DNA from: Octopus sinensis
Lineage: Eukaryota
DNA: 64,000 nt
NCBI RefSeq assembly: GCF_006345805.1
Contig: NC_043015.1
Span: 33,976,001 to 34,040,000, forward strand
Direction of reading: 5' to 3'
The notes under the pieces are model-generated. The model was not told the DNA's origin. It saw only the letters and a list, made by a program, of their open reading frames with translations, and made no database searches. Made by a program: the position numbers and the translations under genes. How positions within the stretch are numbered: position 1 is the first letter of the stretch; each line of letters begins with the position of its first letter. Below are positions 12,238-25,500 of this stretch, in pieces.

Positions 12238-12547
12238 TCAAAATGCTTAGCGACATTTTGTCCATCTTTACTTTCTTAGTTTAAATTCTGCCAAGGTTGA
12301 TTTTGCCTTTCATCCTTTCGGGGTTGATTAAACAAGAACCAGTTGATTACTGGGCTGATGTAATCAACTTACCCACTCACCTGAAACTGCTGGCCTTGTG
12401 CCAAAATTTGAGATCAATAATTACAAGAAAACTCAATTTGTAAAGTCACTAGTATAAAAAAGTCAAGTGTCAGAAATTAAAATAGATGGAGGGATTTCAT
12501 TTTTTGAAAATAAATAAGATTTTATTCAGCTTCAGTTTGTCTTATAG

Positions 12548-12855
12548 GCACAGACATGACTGTGAGGTCAAAAAGCTCACTTTGCCACAGTATGGTTTTG
12601 GGTTCAGTTCCACTGCTTTCAGTGAATTTGGTAGATGGAAACTGCATTGAAGCCTATCATATATATGTATGTCTTTGTCCCTCTACCCAACAACTGCAGT
12701 TGATTTGTTTACATCCCCATAACTTAGCAATTCAACAAAAGAAACCAACAGAATAAGTACCAGAATTAAAAAAATAAGTACTGGAATCAAGCCCTTCAAA
12801 GCAGTACCCTGACATGGCTGCAGTCCAATGACTGAAGCAAGTAAAAGATAAAAGA
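12548..12855 (+). mobile_element. SINE family A, diverged
   Basis: Head, core and tail are colinear with 56384-56769, with internal deletions. Confidence 0.8.
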
Positions 12856-13739
12856 AGATACCTTTTCATCCATGTTACCCTTCCATAACTTTATTCATTT
12901 ATCCAACCTGTCTCTATAAATTAGTGGTTCTGTAAAATCAGTAATTTTCATAATATGTTGGAAGTCCACTCTACCACTAAATATGGAGAAAGAAAAAAAA
13001 AATCAACTGAAGAACGGAACTGTTTTGTCTCTACCAATCTCACAGAATAAACTGGATGTCACTTGATGTGCCACTTATTTTAGAGACACGATGCATAGCA
13101 TGCCACAAATAATGTTGGTACTCTCTCAACAGTGTCACACTATATTGCAATTTAACAGTAACAGCACCATGTTGATAGTGATTGGAAATATGTTGGAGTC
13201 AGGAATTCAGCAGAAGTCTTTTAGGAAACTAAAAATACACATAATAGACAATCCCATTCTTTTTTTTTTTTTAACATTTTCCAATTTTAATATATTTACT
13301 ACACAACTTCCTGTCCACACAAGATAGTTCCAAATCAATACTGTTACCATCCACATATGTCTTAAATGTTATCATCTGTACTGAGCTGAACTATCTCTCA
13401 ATGTTAGCTGTGATGTAGTGAGTCAGGGAATTCAAACTTGTGCCTGAAACAAATGTTCAACAAAAAACTGAAATAAAACAAACAAAAAAAAAAACCCAAA
13501 CAACAAATGTAATGACTAATACAAACAGAAATAGTAACAATTTAGTTGATAATCTGACACAGTTCTGTGACCTGGAATCAGTTCATCAAATGAATGATAA
13601 ACTTTGAAATGAACTTGAAGATTTTGAATATTTTTGAAACCTATTTTTGTCTTTTTAATTTATTATCTAGAAATATTGTTAAAATGAGTTTGATATAAGC
13701 ACAATGGAATCCCTAAAAATATTTTGCTGAAATTTTTTA

Positions 13740-14256
13740 TTATAGCAGTTCTGTTTCTTGAGGTTTTTCTTTCATCATAACATTGAGGAATGTGTCCATT
13801 TCCAACTTGGACATGTACATCCCTATAAACATGTTTACCAGCAAAGATAAGCCCAAAAATCTTTTGAAAGGTACAGCAGTTTTTGCAACAATTTGTATAG
13901 AATCCTTAAATTTTTTACTTGGCTCAATGGCTTTGGTCAAATATTTTCTGGCTTGAATCAAACCAAAAATTGGACAAAGAACTGCAGGATATAAACCACC
14001 AACTAAAAGCTGAATTATACCACTTTTTGTCATTAAACATGTTGGGCAGCCAAAATCTCCAACCAAACAATTCCCAGTGACAAAGGTTGTATGTGTGATC
14101 ATGCCTAACACACATGGCATACCAACAGCCATGGCGTATCCACTTGCACGGCCAAAATGCATAAGATTGAAGTATCGGCGGAAGTAACTGTTGGTTAGTG
14201 CACAAGAAATAACGGTAGCAGAAGCACAAATACTGGCACCATGGGTCAGAGGCCAA
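13740..14256 (-). CDS. TMEM126: TMEM126-family mitochondrial inner-membrane protein, last coding exon
   Basis: WPLTHG..LTNSYFRRYFNL..HTTFVTGNCLVGDFGCPTCLMTKSGIIQLLVGGLYPAVL..ARKY matches TMEM126 hallmarks (NSxFRR, CxxC, GGLYP). Acceptor tttcttttccccag precedes 14256 (phase 2), so the first ~14 aa of the supplied ORF are intronic. Stop TAA at 13740-13742. AATAAA on the minus strand at 13659-13664. Confidence 0.9.
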
Positions 14257-17149
14257 CTGGGGAAAAGAAACAAAAAGGTGAAATTAATAACATTCATTTA
14301 AAGAAAAAGTACATTGTGTATGTTTGAGTGTGTGTGTATATATATATAAATATGTGTGTGTGTGTGTGTGTGTGTAGTTAGTATTTAAAACAACCCATAT
14401 AATGGTCTGATAAAGTTAACTTATTGAGTCTAAGCATCAATGAGTGGTCAATTCTTGTGATGTTTTCTTGACATTTAAGTAAACTGAAGAATGTAGCAAA
14501 TAAAGTTATTTCTGGTCAAAAACTGGATTTGAACTTGAAATTTCTGAACTGTTAGTTTCATTCAGCTACTGTTTGTCAGCCTATAGTTATGTAACAATTT
14601 CCAATTTCACGGATACTAATTTGACCATTTTCTGCATACACATATTCTCATTACAACATTATATACTCTCACTACTAAACTACACTGTCACACATACAAG
14701 ATTACATTACCCCCCCCACACACACACAGACACACATGCCCTTATTATTACACAATATCTCTGCAGAACAAAATACATATTTCAATTCACGATTACACCA
14801 CTGTACATAAATCCCCAACTAAACAAGGTTTTTGAAACTTGTCTCTGTCTGTACACATATCTAATCCCCACCCATTACCGAAAGCTGAACAGTTATCTCC
14901 CTTACCCACAACAATAACAATAATAACAACAACCAATTACCTCCCTTTATTTATCTACTTGTGTAGTCATTCACTCGTGAATTTTATCACACACAACATG
15001 GACAAAATTTCTTCTTAAGAAAAAATATATATTCAAATAAGTAAAACATAATATCATGAATAGTGATAGCGAAACCGGTTGATATATCAAAAATCATATT
15101 AAAACTATGTAAGTGTGCGTATTTTCCTTTTTTAATTTCTTATATACATTACATATATATATATATATACACACACACACATATATATATACATATATAT
15201 ATACATACATACATATATATACATATATATATACACACACACACACATGCACATATATATATGGAGAGAAGAGATTATCTCAAAGAGTTAAGATTGAGAA
15301 ATAACCTTTTTAGAAGGGCAAAAGACACTAACCTTTGGGAAGAGATTTTACAAAATGTGTGTGAGCTCAGCTTTTATATAAATGTACATGTACTAGTGTA
15401 GCAAGTGTAGGTGCCATCCTGGTACCCATCGCAGTCCCATGTATTTGTGCATATATATATATATATATAAATATATGTTTTATCGCCCATATTGAGGGAC
15501 CACCTATCTGAATTGATAGTAACTTGGTAGATAAAGTAATAAAGGATATAACGCATCGCCCAATTCAGTAATCGAAGCCATAATCTTATGATCATGAGAA
15601 CAACACCTTAACCACTAAATCACATGCCTCTGCCAGCACACACACGCATGCATGCACACACACACACACACACGCATGCACACACGCATGCACACACACA
15701 CACACACACGCATGCACACACACACGCACACACACACACACACTTAAAGCTATCAGCATATATCAGACATTATTTTATTCTATAATTGTTTATTCTGCCA
15801 AAATTTAGTGTTGGGTCTCTTCAGTAATAAATCTTCATCTGAAAGTATTTTAGATAAATGAAGAGGAAGAGGAGGAGAGGGAGAAAGGAAAAAGAAAGAA
15901 TAAAAATAGCCAGATGATGTTGATTTTTGTAAAAACTTAGAAAGATTTTGATTAAATTTTTACATTCTTTTGGCATTTCATCAACTAAGTTCCACAGTTG
16001 TAAAATTGGTGTTTAATAAAGAATTTACTGCTTTATCATTGGTGATAGTAGCCAATTTTTTTTCCAATGGTTTACTTGTCTACATTATTCTTCAATTTGT
16101 AGCCAATTTCTAATCTTGGACAGTTTATTCAAACAACCCCTTCTGCTCCTCTCAATTGAAACGAGGCTATTAATGGAGCTCAGCCTAGTTACCGTATCTT
16201 CCAGCATACAGAGTTGATGCAGTACATAATGTAAACATTCAAACATTGTCACAATATTTCCAAATCCTGCAAAGTCTCAGATGGAAATTTTGGTCCTCCT
16301 AAAACATCTTGGAATGTAAATCAAAATACCTTTTTGTTTTTTGGCTGTAAATTCTGGTTTGAAAAATTCAACTTGTCTGCTGGAAAATATGGTGTTTCCC
16401 ACTTCTTTACAACTTTGTAATCTCACCCACGTTGCCATTTCATCATAACCGTTTTGTTTATTTCCATAATTACAGTCATGACATAGTTGTGAGGTTAAAA
16501 GGTTCACTCCACAACGACATGGTTCCAGGTCTTCTATCACAAATATCTAAATTTATCACGGGGGAACTGGTGCATACAAATATCTAAAATGGGAATCATG
16601 CTGGCTGGCTGGTTGCTGGTACCAGAAAATAACCTCTGCACAAAATTAGCTTCTCTTTATTTAAAATAATCTGTATTTTCTTTCACATTTGCAAAATGCA
16701 AGAAAGGAGTGCACTTGCACTGTAAAAGGTTGACAACCCCTACTTTAAATCATTATCCCTGATCTCAAGTAATCCCAAACCTATTTCACCATCTTCAAAA
16801 TGTATAAATGCCAGAAACTATCAACACCCTGACTACATTTGATGGCATATTTCCTAATGTTTTGTTTGTTTCAGTCATAAAACTGTAGCCATGCTGGGGC
16901 ACTGACTTGAAGAATTTTAGTTCAACTAATTGACTCAAGTATTTATTTTCCTTTTAAGCCTGGTACTTATTCTATCAGTCTCTTTTGCCAAACCACTAAG
17001 TTACAGGGACATAAACACACAAACACTGGTTGTAAAGTGGTGGTGGGAGATAAAAACAGACACACACATGTATATATACATATGAAAGGCTTCTTTCAGA
17101 TTCCATCTACCAAATATATATATTGTATAAAGGAAATGTGAAGTAAATG

Positions 17150-17480
17150 CAAGGTTAATCACAAGAAAACAAATATATGTAGACTTACACATGCAGGCAG
17201 ACACTTCCGTGAAGAAACATCTGTGGAAGTGCCAGACCCATGAATTCACAGTGCACATCAAGGCAACCCAGCAGAACAAGGGCAACCTTAGAATCTCTGA
17301 GGCCATCCTCATACACCAAAAAGAAACCAAAGATCAACAACAGAAGAGAAGTCCACTCCACACATGCTCACACACACGCACATCGGCAACATTCGTTAAT
17401 TTCTTGAAATTGGGGTCATAACCCCGAAATATCGAATGCAAGGTAAGTCTACATGAATTCACATATTTGTTTCCTTGTGA
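17150..17480 (+). mobile_element. Penelope-like element 3' fragment (GIY-YIG C-terminus plus terminal-repeat region)
   Basis: SVKKHLWKCQTHEFTVHIKATQQNKGNLRISEAILIHQK resembles the GIY-YIG C-terminal H..H..il..l.i.EAi.I pattern. It is followed by the PLE-typical CTTGAAA..stem..GAAA motif at 17403-17433. Confidence 0.7.
17401..17436 (+). ncRNA. Putative minimal type I hammerhead ribozyme (PLE-type, degenerate)
   Basis: UUC-UUGAAAU-U-GGGGU(CAUA)ACCCC-GAAA-U-AUC-GAA. It has a U3/A8 core variant, a 5-bp stem II, a palindromic AUAU stem III and a 3-bp stem I; A9 appears mutated to U. Confidence 0.5.
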
Positions 17481-17734
17481 TTTAGTTTGCATTGTTCTGG
17501 TCTTACCCATGACCCTTTATACAATATATTCTACACAATGCTTCATAATTATTTATTCCATTATATATATATATATGTTTATTGGCTGAAACTTTGAAGT
17601 CTCTGTCAACAATATTCTTGTTTAATAATAATTTGTACTCTACAAAAGTTTAGAGTAACCCATCAGATTAACGTAAAATTCTTTTTAATTATAATTGAAC
17701 ATAAAAACAAACATTAACATGTGTGCGTGTGAGA

Positions 17735-17767
<33 letters not shown>

Positions 17768-18720
17768 TGTGTGTGTGAGTGTGTGTGTTTGCCTCACTCC
17801 ATTGCTTGACAACTGATAATGGTTTGTTTTCAACCCCATAACTTAGAAGTCTGGCAAAAAGAAACTTACAGAATGAGTACCAAACTTTAAAATAAAAAGT
17901 ACTGAGTCTGATTTGATTGACTAAACTCTCAAGGTAGTGCTCCAGGATGGCCGCAGAACCAACGACTAATACAAGTAAAAAAACAAAAGCAAAGAATAAG
18001 TCAAAGACTTGGCCTCACCATTTGTAGAGGAGTAGACTCCACAAAAAGATAACCCCAAACCAAATAGGTGATGGATAAATCCTACTGCACCTTCTCCCAA
18101 TCTGCTTATGTACACACACACACACACACACCTCTATCTCACAGTATATGGAGTCACATTATGGCCTCCCTCCCTCCCTTCCTAAACACACACTATCAGT
18201 CCTCATCCTCCTCCACAATCAAAGATCCAGCTCAGTTTCCTCTGGAAATGTTAGTTTACAGCAAAACATTATCATCAATGCTTCCGTTGCCAACGCCACC
18301 ACCACCATCAGTACCACCACCACCACCACCACCACCACCACCACCACCATCACTGTCTTTCATCATATAAGCATTCAGAGGTAATTTCAAGAAAATGTTA
18401 AGTTCAATAGGTGATGTATCTAACAGCAACACACCCAGCCTCGCCCCTTTACTGTCAATTACTAATTAAGCCACCTGCCTAATTGGTTAATAAACAGTTG
18501 TTATGTTAGTATACAATATAATCTAATTAGCATGAAACCCTTAATAGTGGCAGTGAGAGGAGATAATATATAGCTGTAATATATTGATTAGTTAACTGCC
18601 ACTTCCTCCTAATTATAGAGGCTCGTTAAAGAAGATACAGAGATACTGAGAGGTGGGTGCAGATAGCTCACAGCTATTTTGTTATTGTCAGGAAGCACAA
18701 CCAGGTCACATATTTCATGT

Positions 18721-18752
<32 letters not shown>

Positions 18753-18797
18753 TATTTATACTTATATATACATATATTTACATACATACACATATAT

Positions 18798-19170
18798 AAA
18801 TCATCATTGTCGTTTAATGTCTGCTTTCCATGCTGGCATGGGTTGGACTGTTTGACTGAGGACTGGCGAGCCAGAAGGCTGCACCAGGCTCCAATCTGAT
18901 CTGGCAAAGTTTCTACAGCTGGATGCTCTTCCTAACGCCAACCACTCTGAGCGTGTAGTGGGTGCTTTTACATGCCACCAGCATGAGGGCCAGTTAGGTG
19001 GTTCTGGCAACGACCACACTCAAAAGGTGTTTTTTACGTGCGACCTGCATGGGAGCCAGTCCGGCGGCACTGGCAACGACTACGCTTAAATGTTGTTTTT
19101 CACATGCCACTGGCACATGTGCTGATAAGGCAATGATCACACTCAAATGGTGCTTTTTATGTGCCACGCA
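18798..19170 (-). mobile_element. RTE 3'-tail fragment (non-coding)
   Basis: Colinear with 10341-10620 (ATCATC..GTTTAA..CCATGCT..GCCAGAAGGCTGCACCAGGCTCCA..CCTAACGCCAACCAC). Similar tails lie at about 24135-24322(+), 52372-52470(-), 52690-52850(+) and 54960-55245(+). Confidence 0.85.
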
Positions 19171-19335
19171 CAGATATATACTTATATATATATATATATA
19201 CATACATGCATACATATATGTGTCGGTTGCCTTGTTAATCCATAAATAAAGTGTACATATATATATATATATATCCACCAATAAAATATACATATATATA
19301 TATATATGTATGTATGTATTTATTTATACACACAC

Positions 19336-19371
<36 letters not shown>

Positions 19372-19377
<6 letters not shown>

Positions 19378-19512
19378 ATTTCTATTTCCATTAAGTCTAT
19401 TATATCTTCGTTAACAACTGTCAACAGTTTAAATTATATTTCACAGAGCTGCATGAAACAAAGTGGACAAAAATCTATATCAATTTAAAGTCGTTGTCGT
19501 CACCTCCTCCTC
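19372..19512 (+). repeat. Copy 1 of an exact 141-bp direct duplication
   Basis: Base-for-base identical to 22432-22572 (offset 3060). Confidence 0.95.
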
Positions 19513-20584
19513 TTCCTCCTCCTCCTTTTTTTGTAACTGATTCAGTCATTGGACTGCGGCCATGCTGGGGCATTGCCATGAAGGGCTTCATTGAAGACAC
19601 TTGCACAGAGTAGGATTGAACACAGAACCATGTAGTTGGGAATCAAACTTTTTACCAAAAACCCCACATGCAAAGAAGGTGCCGGCCCCATGGCCTTTGC
19701 AGGGTATCTGAGAAAAGAAAATAATATCACATGCTTAATTATTCCTAATTAAAAGTACCCAGCCACCAGAAATATACAAATAGGAGCTGTTGTTGTATAC
19801 TGATGCCATTCACAGAGCTGATAGATTAATGCAGAAAATAAGGAGGAGTAAAAGAGTTGCAGCTCAGCTCAAGAGTTTACTCTTAATGTTTGTCAAATGC
19901 TAATAAGGAGGAATTTGAAATAAACCTGCCCCTGAAAAAGAAAAACTGTCACTAATTATAGAACTGCACACAATTAGTTAACAATCAACTGTAAGCAAGG
20001 TGTGGCCTGAAATGTTTTGTTAGAGTATAATTTGTTATGATGCTCCCTAAGAAATCAAAGAGCCTGTAATTGGCAAGTGTAATCAGCAAAATATAAACTA
20101 GGCAATTAACACAAGTGATGAATAATCAATTTAATCAATAAACTGTTAGTTGTGATACTTGTGGCCAACTACCCCACCTCCCTGGTTTTTAATTAAGTAG
20201 ATCCACTTCATCCTCTTGCTAATTCAGGCCCGATACAACGTAACAAATGCTTTTGGCATGAACATCACATATTCCCATTTCTTCTCCCCTCGTAATTGAA
20301 ACCTATGAAAAAATAGTATTTGATTCCTCGTTAACTGCGCTGATTTAACACTGATGGTGTGCAGATATATTAATTTAACTTCGCTAATGCTTTATTTTAT
20401 CGACTCTGAACAGATCAAAGGTAAAGCAAAGCTCAGATTTGAACTGAAACAAAGAACTGGAACAAATACCACAAAATATTTTTACTGATACTTTAACAAT
20501 TCTACCAATCACTGCTCTTGGAGTACTAAAAGTTAGAAGTTCCACTGAAGTGTGAACCTATAACACTGACACACTCAACAACCA

Positions 20585-20615
<31 letters not shown>

Positions 20616-21167
20616 GAAAGTAAATTTTGAAATTCCCAATTCAATATTTGTGCCTTTGTTCTTTAATTAGATGATATTGTTTTAAGAAAAAGGTGGGTGT
20701 GGGTTAGGTTGAGAGGACTAACTAGTTGAAATTGAACCGTTATTGAACTGGCACAATAACAGCATGACCAATACCTACATGTCAGACAGATATTTCAATG
20801 AGCTTTGTTAATTTACAGCTTAAGTAGTTCCCATAAATTAGGTAGTGAACTGGTAAAACAGTGGATTAGAGACAAGATGGCGAGGGGTGGATCTAATCAA
20901 CTATATCTATCTCATACCAAATTTCTGTCCATATTATAAACTCAATATTATTACAGCTTCTGTTGGGGTGGCTGGGGAGTAGAACTGGTAAAGTAGTTTG
21001 AGTTCAAATCATATTTGGTCTGAATTGGTTGATCACTTCAGGGTAAATAAACCACCAGACATCTACTGATGATCAATTCAATCAAGTATGCACCAGCTTT
21101 TAATTGATTTGAAAGTGGTGATGCAGCATGGCCTCAGACCAATCACAGAAATCAGGAACAGAATTAC

Positions 21168-21215
21168 CTTGAAAGAAAGCTATCTTGTCTTCTTCCTCTC
21201 CATTAAATAAATTTG
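21168..21215 (-). CDS. Candidate 48-nt symmetric (phase 1-1) exon, gene assignment unknown
   Basis: Acceptor tccttctttcacaccttccag and donor AAG|gtaatt flank an open frame NLFNGEEEDKIAFFQ. Confidence 0.3.
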
Positions 21216-22431
21216 CTGGAAGGTGTGAAAGAAGGACTATGTATGATGTTAAGTACACCGTTGACTTGTGAAGGATCTTAAAGACACTCCACTATCAACT
21301 GATTAACATTAATCTAAATACTTGGCAAGCTTCATGAATTAATTAAACCATGGTATACTTCAAAAGTGTGTGTGTGTGTGCACATTAGACAGACCGTATG
21401 ACATCAGTGTTATTTTTCCATTTTTCTTTCCTTCTTTTCTTCCTTCTGCCTTGTAGTCATGTTTACATGGAGAGAGGGGAAGTTTAATCCATCACCTGGT
21501 TGAACCCTTTAGCATTTTGGTCAGATATATAGAAATATCCCTTTCTACTATAGGCTCAAAAACCAGAAATTTTGTGGGATAGGGGTTATTTGATTACATT
21601 AACCCTGGTGCTCAAGTGGTACTTATTTTATCAAATTCGAAAGGATGAAAGGCAAAGTCAACCTTGGCAGGATTTGCACTCAAAACATTAAATCAGAAGA
21701 AATCCCAAACAAACATTTTGCTTGGTTTGCGAACAGTTCTGCCACATCACATCCATGGGAAATGTAGTAAATTGTAATTTACACACATTATAAGCAACAT
21801 GTAAACTACACATTACCAGTTATATGTTACAAGCTACATGTGGTCAGTAATCACAAGTGTATTCATCAAAAAGAATGTACATTTATTTCTGAAATAATAA
21901 CAGAAAATAAGGAAGTATTGAACTCATAACCTTCATATCAAGTGTAAACCTTTTAAGTTTTAATTTGCAGGAAGTTGGTCTTTGTAAACATCAACTGGAA
22001 TACTGAGTTTCTCTTAGAATCTTTGACTCTTTTCTTTTGGTGAGACGTATCATAAATAATGGGTAGTGAGACATGTCACAAACAAGAGCCACACACAGGC
22101 ATAAGTGAGACACATCACATGTCATGGTCAGTATGACATGCCATATACAATGGTCAGTATAGTGTAGACTTTGCAACGGAGCCTCTGCAATACTGAGTCA
22201 TTGGTAAGATATTTATCTTCAGGATATCACACTGTCCACAATGTGACAAACGGACATATCAATGTCCATTACTGCATGTGATATTCCATTAATGCTGACA
22301 CAACGAAATCCCATTAGATATTCCATGGTTCAATACTTAGACATCACTAAACTGACCACAGGGTGGGGGAGATATTATACAAGGCAATACCATCGTCCAT
22401 AATTAGATTGTCCATAATTAATGAACATATT

Positions 22432-22572
22432 AAGATAATTTCTATTTCCATTAAGTCTATTATATCTTCGTTAACAACTGTCAACAGTTTAAATTATATT
22501 TCACAGAGCTGCATGAAACAAAGTGGACAAAAATCTATATCAATTTAAAGTCGTTGTCGTCACCTCCTCCTC
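22432..22572 (+). repeat. Copy 2 of an exact 141-bp direct duplication
   Basis: Identical to 19372-19512. Both copies run into CCT-rich tracts. Confidence 0.95.
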
Positions 22573-25500
22573 CTCCTTCTTCTTCTTCTTCTCCGCCTCC
22601 TCCTCCTCTGCTACTACTACTGCTGCTGCTGCTGTTGCTGATTGCCATCTTTGGATTCTTGAGCATATTACCAGATGAATTAGCGAAGAATTCTTGTGCG
22701 TAGTTCATGTGTCTCCTTAGAGGCAGATATTGCCACATTAGTGATTTATCAGGACTAATATCTCAAACACTAAATTTTGGGTCTTTCTATCATCTTTCAA
22801 ATAAGATTTTCAAGTACCTTTTACACCCCCCCCCCCGTATATCTTAAAAATATTTTCTTCAAAGTTTCATGATGTAGAAAGGATGCAGCAAGTTTTGATA
22901 CTGAGTATGGAGAGAAAAATACTAAATGACTACACCAAAGCAACAAAGAATTAGTTTAGTTTCCAAAATACAAGAGAAAAGTAAGGGGAACCATTTATGG
23001 ATTATTTTTCCTGTTGAAGTCTTGAGGAACTTTCTAGTAAACCATTATAAGAACATCTGCAGTGAAAGATATATTCATTCACATGGTTGCTTGATCAATG
23101 GAGAGAAGGAATATATAAATAAATATGCAAAGATTTCACGTAATCTGAACAGAGTATTGATGATACTGTAATTCTTTTCGATAAAACTAATTCTTTTTTT
23201 TTTGTCTTTGGTCAATAAGTGTTATTTCCTATTTGCCTCTATCTATAAATCAAAGGAAATGGCTACTATTCCCTTTAAACTTTTCTTTTGTGACCTGGAC
23301 ATCGATGTTTTGAAACTGACCTATTTTCCATTACATTTCAGACAGATTCAGCACTGAATTACTGAAGCAGAAATATTGTTATAACAAATATTCTGCTCAA
23401 TACCACAGATTTGTTTGTCAGTTGCTTGGCTTTAATCAGTTAAGCATGTCCCTTAGTGGCTGACAATATGTGCATCCCTAATCACGAGCAGGAATAGTTA
23501 GGGAGCATTACAGCCATGTGTTGAGAGAGATTCTTTGTGATTTGAATAAAAGTAATAAGAGCAAAGTCTTAAGGAAATAGCCATTTTTCATACTTTCTAC
23601 GGGTAAGCAAACAGAAAATGACAGTTGTTATCCAAGGACTAACACCATGTTACACAATGGTAATTTGGTTTGTTAAAGTCCAAGGTACAAACAAGTAGCT
23701 AGTACCGTTTTTTTAAACGAGTTACATTTGGCTGAGATTGGTAATTTGGTTTGTGAATCTCTAAAGCACTAGCATAAGTTGCTAGTTCCTTCTTTTTTAA
23801 AGGCAGAGTTAATTTTGACAACACTTGGTTTCTTCTATCTGTATGGAATTTGATAAAGAATCAAGATAAAATATGGGTGTGAACAAAGATAAATATAAGT
23901 GTGATGGCTCTGATTAAGTAAAAGTTTTACAGTGCAAGTGATTTCAAAGAAGCTGTGTATATATATATATTATTTTTTGGTAATCAGAGAAAATATAGAT
24001 TTTCTAAAATAACAGAGTGGTACTAAATATAAAGAAAGTCTTGTTAATTATAGCTAAACAGAAATAAAAGCGGAAGTTGCATCTCACACTTAGTCACTGG
24101 AATATTTTTCCCTATACGTTTTCTGTCTTACTAGTTGGAGACCTCACTAGTGCTAGTGGCATGAAAAAAGCACTCAGTACACATTAGGAAGGACATTCAG
24201 CCATAGAAGCCATGCCAAAGCCAACACTGGAATACAACACAGCAATGTGGGTCACTAGAACCTGTCAAACCCATGCCAACAAAAGAAACAAATGTTAAAT
24301 AGTGGTGATGATGATGATGATATGTGAGAGATTAAGATATCGCTAGATTTAACCAGGTGTAAACAGGTGAAGAATGGTTGACCAGCCAAAATATTAGCAG
24401 TTCTTAGACCAAGTAAGATCACCAACATAACAATTAAACCAAGTAATTAAGAGACCATTGTAATCCTCTTACGCCTTAATTTATTACTATTATTGTGAAT
24501 CATATACAAACAATATCTAAACTATTACAAGTATAATACTATTTTTTTCAACTGAGAAGTAATATATTCGTAGCCACTTTAACATGGCTGTCCATTCGAG
24601 CTGACTCTACTGTGATTTTTTAACCCCAAGAGGACATCTCCTCTAGATGGTTAATAATGCACAACTGCATCCAATAAAATTGCGAGCAGGGGTGCAAACC
24701 CCTACCATCTCCCAGTGATGGGACCAGAACACCAGCCCTGGTTTCAGGCTATACTGCTATGAATGATGCAGTCCTCCTGATACAGGAGAAACTCCAACTG
24801 GGACCAATCAAGGAACCCCAGATCCAGGATTACCCTGACAACCAAAAGTATGAACCCTCTGTCCTGCTCTCCAGCCTACAGGTGCACATTTAGAGTTGGA
24901 GCATTCACTACGTTTTAGCCACAGTCACCCATCTTTTCATAAATTCACTGGAAGGTTGCACTTCTCTCTCCACACACATTTTCTTTTCCAAGGGAAACTT
25001 AATGGTTTGAAAATCTGACACAAGGATAGCAATTCAATGGGGAAGGGGTAAATCAATATCATTGCGCCCAGAGCTTGATTTGAGCTTATTCTATTGACCC
25101 TGAAATATTTGGGGAGGGGGTTAGTTGATTACATCAGCCTCAGTGCTCAATTGATACTGATTTCATTAACACCAAAAGGATGAAAGGTAAAGTTGACCTT
25201 GGTAGGACTTGAACTTAGAATGTAAAGAACTGAAACACTGAAAGACACTTTGTCTAATGCTCTAATGATTCTGCTAATACTATTATTATGCATCAAAATC
25301 TTTCGTTGTGCATCAATGACCTGGTTACAAATATTCTGCTTCACTGTGTCTGTTTAAGATACACTTCTAATAGGCCGTAATACCGTGCGTCTTGGAGTTT
25401 TCCCCAGCTCCTTTCCCACTCTCTTTCGTTCTCTTCCTGACAGCCTCCATACTCCTACCCCCTTTATTAAATGTACTCTAGGGAAGATTTCCAACATAAA

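Noticed and set aside
16193-16450. Two exon-like segments (..AKKQK G / FGNIVTMFECLHYVLHQLCMLEDT) separated by 63 nt
   Set aside because: The intron would be very short, the phase does not fit TMEM126 and I recognise no homology; left unassigned.
20779-20800. Phase-2 donor giving ..KYLSDI|WPL as a TMEM126 upstream exon
   Set aside because: There is an in-frame stop just upstream, only a ~21-nt exon is possible, and the expected Trp is missing; probably chance.
22535-22738. ORF with poly-S/G/E
   Set aside because: It is driven by (CTG)n/(CCT)n/(CTT)n low-complexity sequence.
24580-24950. GC-richer block, possible solo LTR or LINE 5' UTR
   Set aside because: No TG..CA ends, TSD or second copy is visible in the window, so it cannot be classified.
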